Shown here: positions 25,857 through 38,776 of the stretch, piece after piece
Numbering within the stretch: position 1 is the stretch's first letter
How the letters are laid out: the number at the start of each line of letters is the position of its first letter
Origin: Chrysemys picta bellii
Taxonomy: Eukaryota
Direction of reading: 5' to 3'
NCBI RefSeq assembly: GCF_011386835.1
Contig: NC_088798.1
Coordinates: 95,294,001-95,358,000 of the forward strand
Length of the DNA stretch: 64,000 nt
Translations under genes and position numbers: made by a program
The notes under the pieces: generated by a model
Databases searched by the model: none
What the model saw: the letters and a program-made list of their open reading frames with translations, nothing else
What the model was told of the DNA's origin: nothing

Positions 25857-26009
25857 CTCATTCTCAATGAATAAGTTCAGCATATCCTTCCCTATCTGCC
25901 ACAGCAACTGATTCTCAATGGGAAGGTCCACTGTACTAGTCTTTACTTTAGCCTTCTTGGCTTGAGGAGGTTGATCCATTTTCTTGTCTTTTGATCCAGC
26001 CTGAGATGT
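25857..26009 (-). CDS. HSPA4: HSPA4 exon 14
   Basis: 153 nt, cag|ACA...GAG|gtaaaa; [51 protein letters not shown]. Confidence 0.95.
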
Positions 26010-26054
26010 CTGCATTAAAAAACAACAACATTCAGAGCGCAATAGTCACTAAAG

Positions 26055-26693
26055 CAGGGGTGGGCAAACTATGGTCTGGGGGTGGGGGGAGAGGGGACAC
26101 ATCTGGCCCTTCAGATGTTTTAATCTGGCCCTTGAGCTCCCGCTGGGGAACAGGGTCAGGAGCTTGTTCCGCTCAGCACACGCCGTGGCTCTGCACAGCT
26201 CCCAGAAGCAGTGGCATGTCCCCCCTCCGTCTCTTATGCGTAGGGGCATCCAGGAGGCTGTGCATGCTGCCCCAAGTGCTGCCTCCACAGCTCCCGTTGG
26301 CCGGCAACCATGGCCACTGGGAGCTGCAGGGGCAGCGCCTGCGGACAGGGCAGCACGGAGAGCTGCCTGGCTGCGCCTCCACGTAGGAGGGACATGCTGC
26401 TGCTTCCGGGAGCTGCTTGAGGTAAGAGCTGCCCGGAGCCTGAACGCCTGACCCCCTCCAGTGCCCCAACCCCCTGCCCCAGCCCTGATCCCCCTCCTGC
26501 CTTCCGAACCCCTTGGTCCCACCCTCCTGCACCCCAGGGCCCGCACCACCAGCTGGAGCCCCCTGCCCCACACCTGCACAACCCCCTGCTCCAGCCCTCT
26601 CATTTCTGGAGCCACCCCAGGGCTGGCACCCCAACCCCCAATTTCGTGAGCATTCATGGCCCCCATACAATTTCCATGCCCACATATGGCCCT
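26055..26693. mobile_element. GC-rich hAT-type non-autonomous element; right TIR not found
   Basis: Left end caggggtgggcaaact; GC-rich interior; starts 45 nt upstream of the exon 14 acceptor. Confidence 0.65.
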
Positions 26694-27260
26694 TGTGCTA
26701 TTTATTTTAAAATTGAATTTAGTTTTATGCTGCTCCAAATTTTCTGTTTTAAACATGTCACATATTTCTGTATAGAAGGCAAAACTACCTGGTACAAATT
26801 ATTCAGGGAAATTTGTGATTTTGGCAGCTGAGTAGGAGACAGTGGGAGCATTTGGTACTAGGAGTGTAGCTTGAGACTGGGCTAAGCACATTTTTGCTTA
26901 AATGATCACCACTCAGAGTTAACATTGACATTTAAATAGTCAGTTTAGTGTTTGGCGTGAACAATCCTTTCAGATGAATGGGGCAGTTCACAAATCCCAG
27001 AGTTACTGTTTCAAGTTATCTGCAGTCTCCGGGAGACAGCATTGCATCAATTTATGCTCTGTTCGTATTTTTAAGGCACTAGTCACAACTAGGAGAACTA
27101 GAAATACTTTTAAGTGAAAGCTTAGTTTCCAGAGCCTAGTTCTGTGGCAAGGGGTGGAGAATGGGTCCTGATTATACATTACAGAGCAAACATTCCAGAA
27201 GGCAAAATGGTCCAACCAGGTGAGCTAATCGGACAATAAGACATCAAATACACTTAGTAC

Positions 27261-27350
27261 CTCCATTTCTTCAGACTCTGCCTTACTGTCAGCTTGTGCT
27301 TGCTGCTGCTCTTCGTTCTTTTGTTGCTCCTCCTGGTCTACTTGCATCTT
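27261..27350 (-). CDS. HSPA4: HSPA4 exon 13 (acidic insertion)
   Basis: 90 nt, cag|AAG...GAG|gtacta; KMQVDQEEQQKNEEQQQAQADSKAESEEME. Confidence 0.93.
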
Positions 27351-27636
27351 CTGAAATTAGAAGAAAACACTTAAATGTAGAGCTACGTCTCAAATACTTA
27401 GTTTTCTATGACCCAGTGTAAATCAATTTAAACTTCTGGACTGGTCACTATGATTGTATAGTTAGTACGCTTCAGGTCCTGCAGTGAAAATCTAAATTTA
27501 GTTAAAGTGAAGCTAGAAACTATGTAACAGCGTTAATTAAGCCTTTGCAGCTAACCTTTATTGATAAATATTTGCCATACTGAGATTCCTAATACATATT
27601 AGCACAACTGTTTTGTACTTGTTTTTAAAAACAATG

Positions 27637-30600
27637 GTTACTTACCCTACAGTAACTGCAATTCTTCAAGATGTGCTGTCCACACAAATGCCACGCTCTG
27701 TACACATGCGCATGAGACTGGATTGTTTTGGCCAAGAGTGACCTTGAGGCCAGGTCTGCCCTGGAACTCCCCCACTCAAGGGCTTAAAGGGCAGGGGGCC
27801 CAACTGTCTCTTAGTTCCTTCACCAATACTTACTCCCCTAGGAATAGGATTGTGTAGTCAAGGGGAAGGAAGGAAGGCTGTGGAATCTGTGATAACACAT
27901 CTCAAGAACTACAGTTACTGTAGATAAATAACTGTTCTTTCTTCAAGCGACTGTCCACACAGATTCCACTTAAATAATGACTACCACCAGTTTTAATCGG
28001 GCTGTGCTGCATTCAGCCTGGAAGCCTCTACTAAGGAATAGCATTTTTGGTGTGACTTAGGCTGCATATAGCTGCTCTACAAATTTGCTACAGGAATGTT
28101 CCTCAGCCATAGGCTGCCTGAGCTCTAGTGGAATGAGCTCCAATTGGCTAAGTAGATCTATCTTGGCTAACATATCTCCTTTTACTCGGAGACCCACTAG
28201 GACAATTGTTCTCAAACTGTGGGTCGGGACCCCATTTTAATGGGGTCACCAGGGCTGGCTTAGACTTGCTGGGACCTGGGACCAAAGCACTCAAGTTTCA
28301 GGCTCCCTGCCTGGGGCTGAAGCCCTTTGGCTTACTCCCCCCCCCAACCAGGGGCCCAGGCTGGCTCAGGCTTCAGTCCCCCCTCCTGGGGTCGCATAGT
28401 AATTTTTACTGTCCAAAGGGGGTCATGGTGCAATGATGTTTGAGAACCCCTGCATTAGGTATATAGGATAACCTCCATGAGGACAGAGAACATAGCATAA
28501 ACTACAAATAGTCAGTATGTTCCTGGATTATTCTTCAGTGCTCTTACTACATTAAGCATGTGAAGCCAACATTCTTCTGGGGATTGAGAGGTTTAGGAAC
28601 GAAAAACTATAAATGCTTTATATGGAACTCTAAGACAATCTTTAGTAAAAGCTAGGGTGGAGGTCTAAGAGTAATCCTGTCCTTATGAAATACTGTATAT
28701 TGAGAATTCAAGTCTCCCCTGCCCTCCTAAGCTCATACAATGGTTACCAAAAAGACAACCTCCATTGAGAGGTGGTATAGGGAACAGGTTGCTAAGGGAT
28801 CAAAGAAGGCATTCATCAATTCTGCTAAAAATGTATTAAAGTCCAAAGAAGGAATGACTCCCAAACTAGGGGGAAAACAAGCAGGATGCCCTTCAGGAAT
28901 CTTGCTGCTGTAGGATGGGGAAAATCCAGTGTGGCCCTGGATCAGGGGACATTGTGCAGATATTGTTGCTAAAAGGACCCTTATGGAAGGGACAGAAAAT
29001 CCAGATGGTTTGCTAGCCCTGAAACAGTCCAGTATCACTGAGATTTGAACTTCAGCACCACCTTTCTTCCTCATTTCCAATAGAAAACCTCTTTCATTTA
29101 GCTTTGTAAGTCATCCTGGTTATGGATTTCTTGCTTTGGAGCACACCATCGTGAACAGCCTCTTTCAGTGGATGTACCCAGGCTGTCAGGTACAATGATG
29201 CTGGGTTCAAGTGCAGGACCTGGCAGTTGTTCTGGGAGACTATCAGTCAAAACAGCTAAGGTTTTTGGGGAGCTGCATTGAAAGATTCATCAGATCCTAA
29301 TACCAGAACTGCTTAACTCATGCTGGGTCTTTCAGTCCTGTGCCCTGCATCCTCTGTTTTCTCAAGACCCTCAGGATCATGGGGATCAGTCGAAAGGTAT
29401 ACATCAACTCCAGTGTTCAAGGGATGAGGAAGGCATCTGTTAGAAATCCTGAGCTTGCACACCCACCGGAATAGAATATCTGACACTTGTTCTTATCTGT
29501 TGTAAGTGGATTTACTTTTGGAAATCCCCATTTGCAAAAGATGCTCTATATGCCTGAGTCTTATAGATAACTCATGGTCATAGACATGCCCACTAAGCTG
29601 GTTTGCCAAGATGTTCTGAAGGCCAGGAAGGTGCAGAGCCACTGCTGTGATTTGGTTCAGAATGCACTGATTCCACAGATGTATGGTTTCCTGACAGAGT
29701 ATGGAAAACATACATCTGGCTGCTCCTCCTTGACTGTTGATGTGCATTGCTGCGATTGTCTGTCCCCACTTGTACCATGAAAAAGAGGCAGGAACGCTTT
29801 GCATGACAGACTGATGGCCCTGAGCTCTAGGATGTTTATGTGGAGAAGAGCTTCCTGAGGAGACCACAGGCCTTGAATCTGAAGGCCATCTAAATGAGTG
29901 GATGCATCCATCAGAGCCTTGGTAGGAAAGTGTAGAGGAGGATTTTCTGTTGCATACTTGAAGAGTGTCTTTCCACGGTTTAATTTGGAGAGGATTTCTT
30001 GTGGTACCACGACCCTGTTCATCTGGTGTCTCTGGTAGGATGTACTGATTTCAATCATCCTTTCATGGAGCATAGGTGAAGTCTGGCATGCTGTGTGACA
30101 TAACTGCGTGAGGCCTTAAAACTTTTACAGGTTTTATGAAGGGGGTGAGAACAAAAAATTCCTGTTGGTCCTATTAGGCTCTTGACATTTGCATCAAACC
30201 TGCTACCTAATGGAAGTCCCAGATTGTAGGGTGGCAGGAAGAAGTGGCAGAGGGTAGTCACTAGGGGAATTTGTTTCTTCCTCACCAGCTATAAGGATCT
30301 CTGTAGCTGACTAACACTGGACAGAAGAGCACCGTCTAAAAAGATGATTTATCATGTCTGCTTCCTCCTTGAGGTCAGGAAATAAGAGTCCCAAAGAGCA
30401 CAGTCATCCTTGAATCTTTTAGGGAGTGGAAGGCTTCCTCTGTCCTGCCACTAGCCTGATGCATCAGTGCCTCCAACACTGGTAGTTTGGCAGGCACCTC
30501 AGTTTCTTGAGTAGAAGTGACTGTGGTACCAGGTCCACCAATAAGTAACTTGACACTATATGAAGTTTCAGTGCAGAGATGGAAGGCAGTCAGCACTGAG

Positions 30601-30800
30601 GTGGAAAGTACTGGGGCTACTGTGAGTGACACTCAGTGCCCAGGCTTTGAGTACCAAGGCACCAGGTGCTAAGGTCAGTGCCAAGGGATCAGTACCAACA
30701 GCAGTGTGGTCTGCTGATTTGGAGGGTATTATGTGTGTTGCCTTGGAAGTCAGAACCACCCTATCGTACTCCCAATACATTGTTTCGCTGTCTGTCCATT
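27637..30800 (-). mobile_element. Decayed, 5'-truncated DIRS1-like tyrosine-recombinase retrotransposon in HSPA4 intron 12
   Basis: RNase H remnants (DASTHLDGLQIQGLWSPQEALLHINILELRA; HLPGLQNILANQLS); YR remnant (FDPLATCSLYHLSMEVVFLVTI); terminus 27637-27695 complementary to ICR 27880-27970. Confidence 0.85.
28203..28452. mobile_element. hAT MITE nested in the DIRS element
   Basis: caattgttctcaaac / tttgagaacccctg TIRs; 8-bp TSD cactagga / cattaggt (6/8). Confidence 0.8.
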
Positions 30801-30869
30801 TAGACTAAGTACCTCTAGACAAGTTCACTTACGTACAAGTGCCAAGCACACTGTTGTATGCACTGTTGT

Positions 30870-31092
30870 TGTGGCCATGTCAGTCCAAGGATATTAAGAG
30901 AGAAAAGGTGGGTGAGGGAATATCTTTTATTGGACCAACCACCCCTATATGCCAACCTCTTCACAGGCCACCTTGAAGAAGAATTTCTGGACAAATGCAT
31001 CAAGAATCCAGTGATACACCGGATACATCAATGATATTTTCATAACCGAAGTTGGTCCAACAAAAGATTACCTGACCAACTTTGTCTCTCTA
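30870..31092 (+). mobile_element. Internally deleted Penelope-like element
   Basis: Inverted terminal arms 30897-30939 / 31051-31092 flank an RT fragment PLYANLFTGHLEEEFLDKC...RYINDIF similar to the reverse complement of 55290-55400. Confidence 0.8.
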
Positions 31093-31872
31093 AGCACACT
31101 GTTGGCATTTACCAAATACATGTTTACTTTTTGCCCTTCATTCATTTTCAATTATTCTCAGACAAGTGTTTGAGTGACAAAAACTGCAGGAGAACATTTA
31201 AATCAAAACAAAAAACCTTGGGGAAAAACACAAACAAAAAAAACTTGGAAGTTTACATTTACAAAACAAGTTTTGCCTGTAAGCTACCAAATACCGTTCC
31301 TTAAACTAAAGACATTAGTTTTGTCTTTTTTGTTTGTTTGTTCACTAACTCATCTGAAATTGCGTTGTGCAAGGCTGGTATTCCCAAAATACAGATCTAT
31401 TAAGTATGAAATAAAGGTACAGCCCTGTATTATCTTCCCTATATATTTAGCAACATTCTTAAATCTACAGCTGTGTCACCAACCCAGTCCTTTAGTCATG
31501 GGCTTTCCCTGGGCAGAGACTGACAAATGAGTGGTGATTTTTGTGATGTACACAAATTGGGAAAGAACTATCCACTTTGACTTGCCTATAATTTGGCCCC
31601 ACTTTCAGGAAAAGTCAGGCCTAATGCATTACATTTGAATACTTGCATCATAATCTAGATTAATTAAGCAACATTCATACACTGTTCAAATCCATCTGAT
31701 GCGTAAGCAGCAATGTGGGTGGAAAGGTTACAATTGTTACTTAACCTGGTTTAGAGGGTTAATGCTCTAGTCCTGGCTTTTTTCTGAAACTGAGACCAAA
31801 TTATGAGCAATCCGTTTGTTCTCAGTCCCAAGTTCTTTCCTAGATGACCTCCATACCAACAAAATGCATTAC

Positions 31873-32054
31873 CTCTTCCTCTTTCGCATGCTGGTCTGTT
31901 TCCATGGGCTCTTCATTCTCATCAGATTTGTGAACCTCTACTAAAGATGCACTGGAAACACTGAAAATACCATGGATGTTTACTCTGACTTTGACTTTCA
32001 CTTTTGAACTGGATCCATCTGTTTGTGGCATGACCTTTTGAACCAAAAATTGAG
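31873..32054 (-). CDS. HSPA4: HSPA4 exon 12
   Basis: 182 nt, tag|CT...GAG|gtaatg; [60 protein letters not shown]. Confidence 0.95.
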
Positions 32055-32635
32055 CTAAACATTCCAGAAGAGAAAAAAAAGGATATATTTACTTAAGATA
32101 AATAATCAAGTGTGAACATTTAGCAGATCCTGACTATTGCTGATAACAGACTGCAATTAAATCCAGTTGTGGAAGTCATTTGCCAAAAATAACTGAACCA
32201 AATGATTTATTTTATTCGATTAGTCATAGTAACATTACTCTGCTTTGCAGTTTGTCCCTTATTTCCTGGATACACTTAAAGTTTGGAAATGTGGCATTTG
32301 GAAAAATGGCTGTGGGTACTTTTAGGAAACCTTTAGCTTTTCCCAAATATGAAACACTTTTTCCATTTGGCATATGTTTCTCCTCCACCAATTAATGTGG
32401 CTTGGGAGTTTAGGATTTTCTTTTCCACTCACATGGATTTAAAACCCAATCCAAATCATACTAAAAATGTATCCCAAAGATACTAATGTGCTAACACACC
32501 ATCGGTACCGTAATAAGTGGGATGGGAAAGTCCAACCTACAAGATCAGAAAGTTGACAACACTCCACCCCCACCCAATGTTCTTTTCTAACTATATGGAA
32601 TTAGTTCTTATTTCTTTTTCCCCTTTGTTAAATAC

Positions 32636-32769
32636 CTATAGCAGGATCTGGGTAAGGCAACTCCTTGGGAGAAGTATAGTAGGCCTCAAGAGTGAAAGGC
32701 TCCCTTCTGAAGAATGAGAGGACTTTGGAGAATGGAGCTGCATGATTCTTGGGGAAAACTTCACAGTTA
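32636..32769 (-). CDS. HSPA4: HSPA4 exon 11
   Basis: 134 nt, cag|T...ATA G|gtattt; [44 protein letters not shown]. Confidence 0.95.
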
Positions 32770-33170
32770 CTGTGGAAGGGAAAGATGTAAGAAAGTAGGT
32801 AGCTGTTATAACATCTAGTGGGAAATATTCAGCAAGACCTAACAGAAGCACTAAAATGCCTGATAGAGGTGGATACAGAGGTGACAATTTAAGTTTACTG
32901 GACAACATATGGCTTTACATTGACCACCATTTTACCATAGGCTCATTAGCAATGAGCCAAATTAAAGCATGGGTGTATTTAAAAAGCTGAAGCATTTAAC
33001 TAGACAAAAGCTAAAAAGATTGCTTTTTACTGTTACCACCACCAGAGTGTTTTGGCATTTAGGCTTTAAAAACTTTCACAATAAGTGAGTCCATCTGGTT
33101 TAAGTTTCGGGAGCTTCTGTTTTGAGCCTTTTATAGGCATGCTAAAGTTTTGGTAGTGTTAAATTCTTAC

Positions 33171-33277
33171 CTTAACCCTTCCTCTGCTGGCGAATTCCAT
33201 CTTAAAGAAATAGGGTATGGTACCAAATCTGTGATAGAAAATTCTCTCACTTTGAAAGCCGGGGACAAAATAGCACA
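33171..33277 (-). CDS. HSPA4: HSPA4 exon 10
   Basis: 107 nt, tag|TGT...AG|gtaaga; [35 protein letters not shown]. Confidence 0.95.
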
Positions 33278-34473
33278 CTATAAGAAACAGCAGAACAGTA
33301 AGTCCAATTGTGCAGAATGAAAATATAGGTAAGCAGTAATGCAAGACCTTTAATTTGTTTAATTACTATTACAAATATGTTAACTCCAAGTTAAAGACAT
33401 CTACATTTTTAAAATATCCCATTTCTGTTCTGATGGAATCATGTGCTTTTGCTATAGTTTAGCGCACAGTTATCAGACAACTTCAGGGACAGTCATGTTT
33501 TGTTTGTATTCATTCTAAGGGAATCAAATTTCTCCTCCAGTTCATTCAAGACCATCTGGTGGCAAGTTTTCTGGTTCTGAATATTTTAATGGCTCCAATA
33601 GAATGTTTTTAGTGCTAACAGATGATGTAGGAGTCAAAACCTCAAATTAACAGGGATTTGTAAGGGGCATATCACCATGGTATTCAAGTGCCATACAACA
33701 ATTAAAGCAAAGGCCCTTTCTTGAGAATAGCTAGAACTAGAAACAGACGTTTTACACTATACTAATGGCTGAAAAGGCAGTTGTCAAAAATGACATAATT
33801 AGTGAGCACTTGAAACAATACATAGTATTTGCTTCTAGCTCAGGTAATACGCAAGATATTGGACCTTTAAACTTGTCACTCTACGAATGACTTTAGCACT
33901 GCTCCAGGATTGGCTATAGCAAGCATCACACCAATGTAATCTTTATTTGCAAGAATTTAAGTCAAGCCATGTCATCTTATTCTTTACTTGAACTATGTTT
34001 CACTTCTATAAAAAATATGCAATACATTGAACTAAGCAACAATGCAATGTAATCTTGCTTTGCCTAATTTCATGATTACTTTTAATGTCAACCTGTTCTC
34101 ACTGTTAGCTAAATTCTTCTGTAGAACTATCTGCCAAAATACCAGTAAAAATCTTGCAGTGGAAAAAATAATTTAATATTTTACATATTTATACAGCATC
34201 TATTGTTTCCAGTCCTAACTGGAATATATACCCAACTCTAGAGGACCACACCAAGTTGTTGGTTGTGCTGTCTGCCCCAGCCAGACATCTCAGTTGATCA
34301 GCCAACATAAACAGTCTATGCAGTGAGCCAATCTCACCTGTCCACTGCCTACTTCTTAATGTTCAATCAAATCACTTCTACAACACATATGTACTTCAAA
34401 AGGTGAAATAAGTTTCACAATGCCTGATACTCTAGCAAGACATGCCCTTGGGCTTAAATGCTCATTGACTTCA

Positions 34474-34695
<222 letters not shown>

Positions 34696-35055
34696 TTAGC
34701 AACTTTGTGTTATGGAAATTCCTACACTAAATTAGCAGCAATTAGTTCCTCTTAACAAGGAACAAGATATTGCACTTGATTACAATAAAATCCCTAGAAA
34801 TTTTATTTAAAGTTATTCTAGCCACCATTAAAAGTTTTGTACTCTCACATATATCAAAATATCTTATTTTACACAGGGATTATTTTTTAAGGAAATTTTT
34901 ATGCAACTTGCAATTAGACCGCTACATAACACTAAGTGTGCAAAATTTAATTTAAGATTTGGCAAACGTCTAAGGAAAGCTAAAACCAGTGATATATTTT
35001 TCTCCTGTATGTATACCATTAAGCATTGTAGTCAAGAGAATGCATGTACACTTAC

Positions 35056-35132
35056 TAGCTTGTTCCAGAACACTGCGAAGAGGTGGTTCTACTCTAGCTA
35101 AGAGACCATCACACATCTCTAAAAATTTGCCC
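35056..35132 (-). CDS. HSPA4: HSPA4 exon 8
   Basis: 77 nt, cag|G...GCT A|gtaagt; [25 protein letters not shown]. Confidence 0.95.
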
Positions 35133-35722
35133 CTGTTGGAAAAAGCCACATGTCAAGTTAGACTCCCATGAACAAAAATTTAAATTGCAAAATACAACTG
35201 TATGCAGCTGAAATTGAAAGACAATTTTAAGTTTGCAAAGTGTAAATTTTCTATTTCTCCATCCAGAATCCTTCAGTATTTTATAAAGTTCTATGTTCCA
35301 CTTAAGCGATTTTTTGTATAAGAAAACAAGGCTGAATATTCCACAATACAAGTGTGTGAGATTTACAACATCCCACACCCATTCCAAAAAGAAAACCCAT
35401 CAAGAGTAAGATACTTTGGTATATACTTTTGGAGAGAGTCCCATGTACAAATGATACCTATTCTGCCATGATCCCTCCAACTCCAGCCACCTTTTATAGT
35501 CCCTGTCCTGAAGAACTTACACTATCATTTTTATAGCTATTACATGCATTAATTACAACAAACAACAAAAAATAACAATCGAATGCTAAACTGAATATGT
35601 CGCTCTTCCCTTGCACTTGAAGGTCCCTAGATTTGGGTTCTGACAGGCCAAGGAGCATGAAGTCTGAAGATAAGTGCTCACTACTGCTGATGAACAGGGT
35701 TCAAACTTAGGTTCTACCCTAA

Positions 35723-35975
35723 GGGTACGTCTACACTTACCGGAGGGTCCGGCGGCAGGCAATCGATGTTCTGGGATCGATCCCGGAAGTGCTCACCGTC
35801 AACGCCAGTACTACAGCTCGGCGAGAGGAGTACGTGGCATCGACGGGGGAAGCCTCCCTGCCGCGTCTGGACCCACGGTAAGTTCGGACTAAGGTACTTC
35901 GAATTCAGCTATATTATTAACGTAGCTGAATTTGCGTACCTTAGTCTGAAGTGGGGGGTTAGTGGGGACCAGGCC
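35723..35975. mobile_element. PIF/Harbinger-type MITE, CpG-retaining
   Basis: gggtacgtctacact ... gaccaggcc; TAA TSD on both sides. Confidence 0.8.
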
Positions 35976-36664
35976 TAAGTGCTTACAAGCTGTTCTTAAC
36001 TTGTTACAGAATATAGGGCAAGAGATGGTGAAACTTGCTAACTCAAAAGTAGTGACAATCTCTATGAAAGAGTGTATACTAGTCATTTCCCCTCTTCTCC
36101 TGCTCATTGTCTAAACTATTGCTATTTATAAGCTATGCTGCTATGTACCAGTTTGTTGTTCCTTAAGTGAGAGCTTCAGTTTCCTATTACCGGTTAAATG
36201 CCAACATGAAATCCTTCTTTTAACTAGTTTCAGTGATCTAGAAAGTGCCACATTAACAGTTCAGTAATTCAAATGGTCAAATCCCCTAGTGATCACATGT
36301 ACAACATACAAAGAGTCAATGTATATTTCTCCCATATTTCCCCAGAAATGTTTGTGAATGTTGCTCTGGAGGTATCACTGTACTAGTTCTAATACTAGAC
36401 AACAGGTGAACATGACACCTGTAAGAGCAAGAAGATGGTTCAATCCTCATTCCCATTCACACTGTGACCTTTGGTCAGACTGATTGGGACACTAGTAACT
36501 CAGACTGCCTGCTTTAATTCATGTAGGCTACTAAAGAGTCATTGTTCAGTACTCTGTTGATACTAACTCAAGTTAGAACCAGTGACCTAAATGTACCAAA
36601 GATGATCGAAACATTTGTATTTACCTATTTTTGCAGTTTTTAAATCAACTCAGACTTTATACTA

Positions 36665-36925
<261 letters not shown>

Positions 36926-37671
36926 CTAAAAACGAGACAAGGAGTAAAATATTTCAGTAAGAAAATGGTTCTATTTACTGATTACTCACTAAAACTTGAT
37001 AGTAACCAATACATGTTAAGCAATTTCTTTGTCTGAACACACAGTTCCAGTAATTTATATTTGACATCGTAATCCTATCTAGGAGAACAACACCTGGCCG
37101 CTCCAATACAGATCTTCTGCTATGGCAGAAATAATCCGATATATTGCTCAGCTTTATTCCTCTACTGCCACCATCGTTAGGTAGATGCTTTGTGTTGGAG
37201 CAGCCTGGTAACCGCTTTCTGCTACTAGTAAAAAAAACCCACCCAATTATTAACCTTTTATTTCCCTCCTCAGTGCCTCCACTTGATTCATTCCCTACCA
37301 GCAATAAAGTGTCAGTCCCATGCCACTCTGGCATATTTCACTTCACCAGGACTGCTGGCAGAAGTAGTTATTTCACTCTGATGCTCCTACTTGTGCCACT
37401 GTAAAAGTGCCTTGTGTATGGGCAGCAAGAGTGCAATCCTGACAGAGCTGATCTTTCCCCTAGGCTAGCATTGTAGAGACAGTTTTAAGATTAGATGATG
37501 CTTCTGGTTACCAAGTTCATAGCTTGTCAAGGATAGTATGTCATACACTGTATCTGTCTACACCAGTTACAGGTGACATGGATTATACAACATACCAAAA
37601 TGGAACAGAGCAAGAAAACTGTCATGTTTTGACTGTTCCAGACTATTTTTCAGCAGCTGTACCAAGACGAC

Positions 37672-38776
37672 GTTACTCACCTTGTGCAGTAACTTTGGTT
37701 CTTCAAGATGTGTTTCTCTAAGGGGCTCTATTCTAAGTGTATTCGTGTCTCTGCACCTCAGATTGGAGATTTTAGGTTGCAGTGTCCGTTCAGTCTGCAT
37801 GTGTGCTCTCCCTATCTCATGCTTTGCCTCGCTGCTATATAGTGCTGTGCAGACAAACCACCCTCAGTTCCTTCTCTATCACACAGCTCATTGATAAGAG
37901 CTCCAAAACAGAGGGGAGGAAGGCAGACAGTGGAGCACCCATAGGGGGATACATCTTGAAGAACCAGTTACTGCACAAGGTGAGCTCTTCTTAAAGTAGC
38001 GTCCCTATGGGTGCATCACCGTAGGTGACTACAGCAGTGCCCCTAATGGAGTGGTGGGGCTTCGGAGCAGAGTCCAATACTGAAGACAGTACAGCCGAGC
38101 CAAATACAGCAGCAAATGCTGAGTCACGGGTGACTGCAAAGTGTTCAGCAAATGTACAAGCAGATGCCCAAGTCACTGCTCTTCTATTTCTGTGATCGGA
38201 ACGTTATTGAGGAAGGATGTGGAAGTACAGACAGATCTTGCAGAGCGAGTTTGCACTCCAGAAGGAGAATAAAGGTCCTGTGTGCAATAGCAGTAGATAA
38301 TACAGTCTGATATCCCTCTAAAAAGTTTTTGCTTAGAGATTGGGGATCTCTTAGATCTGTTGATTAATATGATTTCAATCCAAATAAATCCAGTCTTTTC
38401 CCATCCTTGTCATATGGTGTCATTTTAGCATGGTGCTGTCTGCCACATTTGTTAACAGCGTTGACAACCAGGGAATTGGGGAGGGGTGAGAAAATAAAAT
38501 GTTCATGTCTTTAGAGGGCACACAATTTTTTTTGTCCGCCCATTTGCACGTAAGGGGTATTGTGGCTAGTGCCTGCCATATAGTTTTCACCAGATTGAGC
38601 AGGGCCTCATTGATGGGGCACGCAATTCTATCTGAGAATGACCTCAATTCTATCAGAGCCTGAGACGGAGAGCGTATGTGCAGGCAGAATAGACACTGCT
38701 ACCTAAAATCTCCAATCTGAGGTGCAGGGATGCGAATACACTTCGAGTAGAGCACCCATAGGGACACTACTTGAAC
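37672..38776 (-). mobile_element. Miniature (1.1 kb) DIRS1-like element with both termini and the ICR, in HSPA4 intron 6
   Basis: ITR 37720-37775 / 38700-38760; ICR 37945-38018; YR C-terminal remnant (TWASACTFAEHFAV...FGSAVLS) and ORF1 remnant (WQALATIP...VPSKDMNILFSHPSP). Confidence 0.85.

Noticed and set aside
26049-26756. 235-aa and other ORFs in HSPA4 intron 13
   Set aside because: They lie in a GC-rich non-autonomous transposon; no transposase motifs
35640-35720. tRNA-like B-box motif (gggttcaaac)
   Set aside because: No cloverleaf; at most a decayed SINE head
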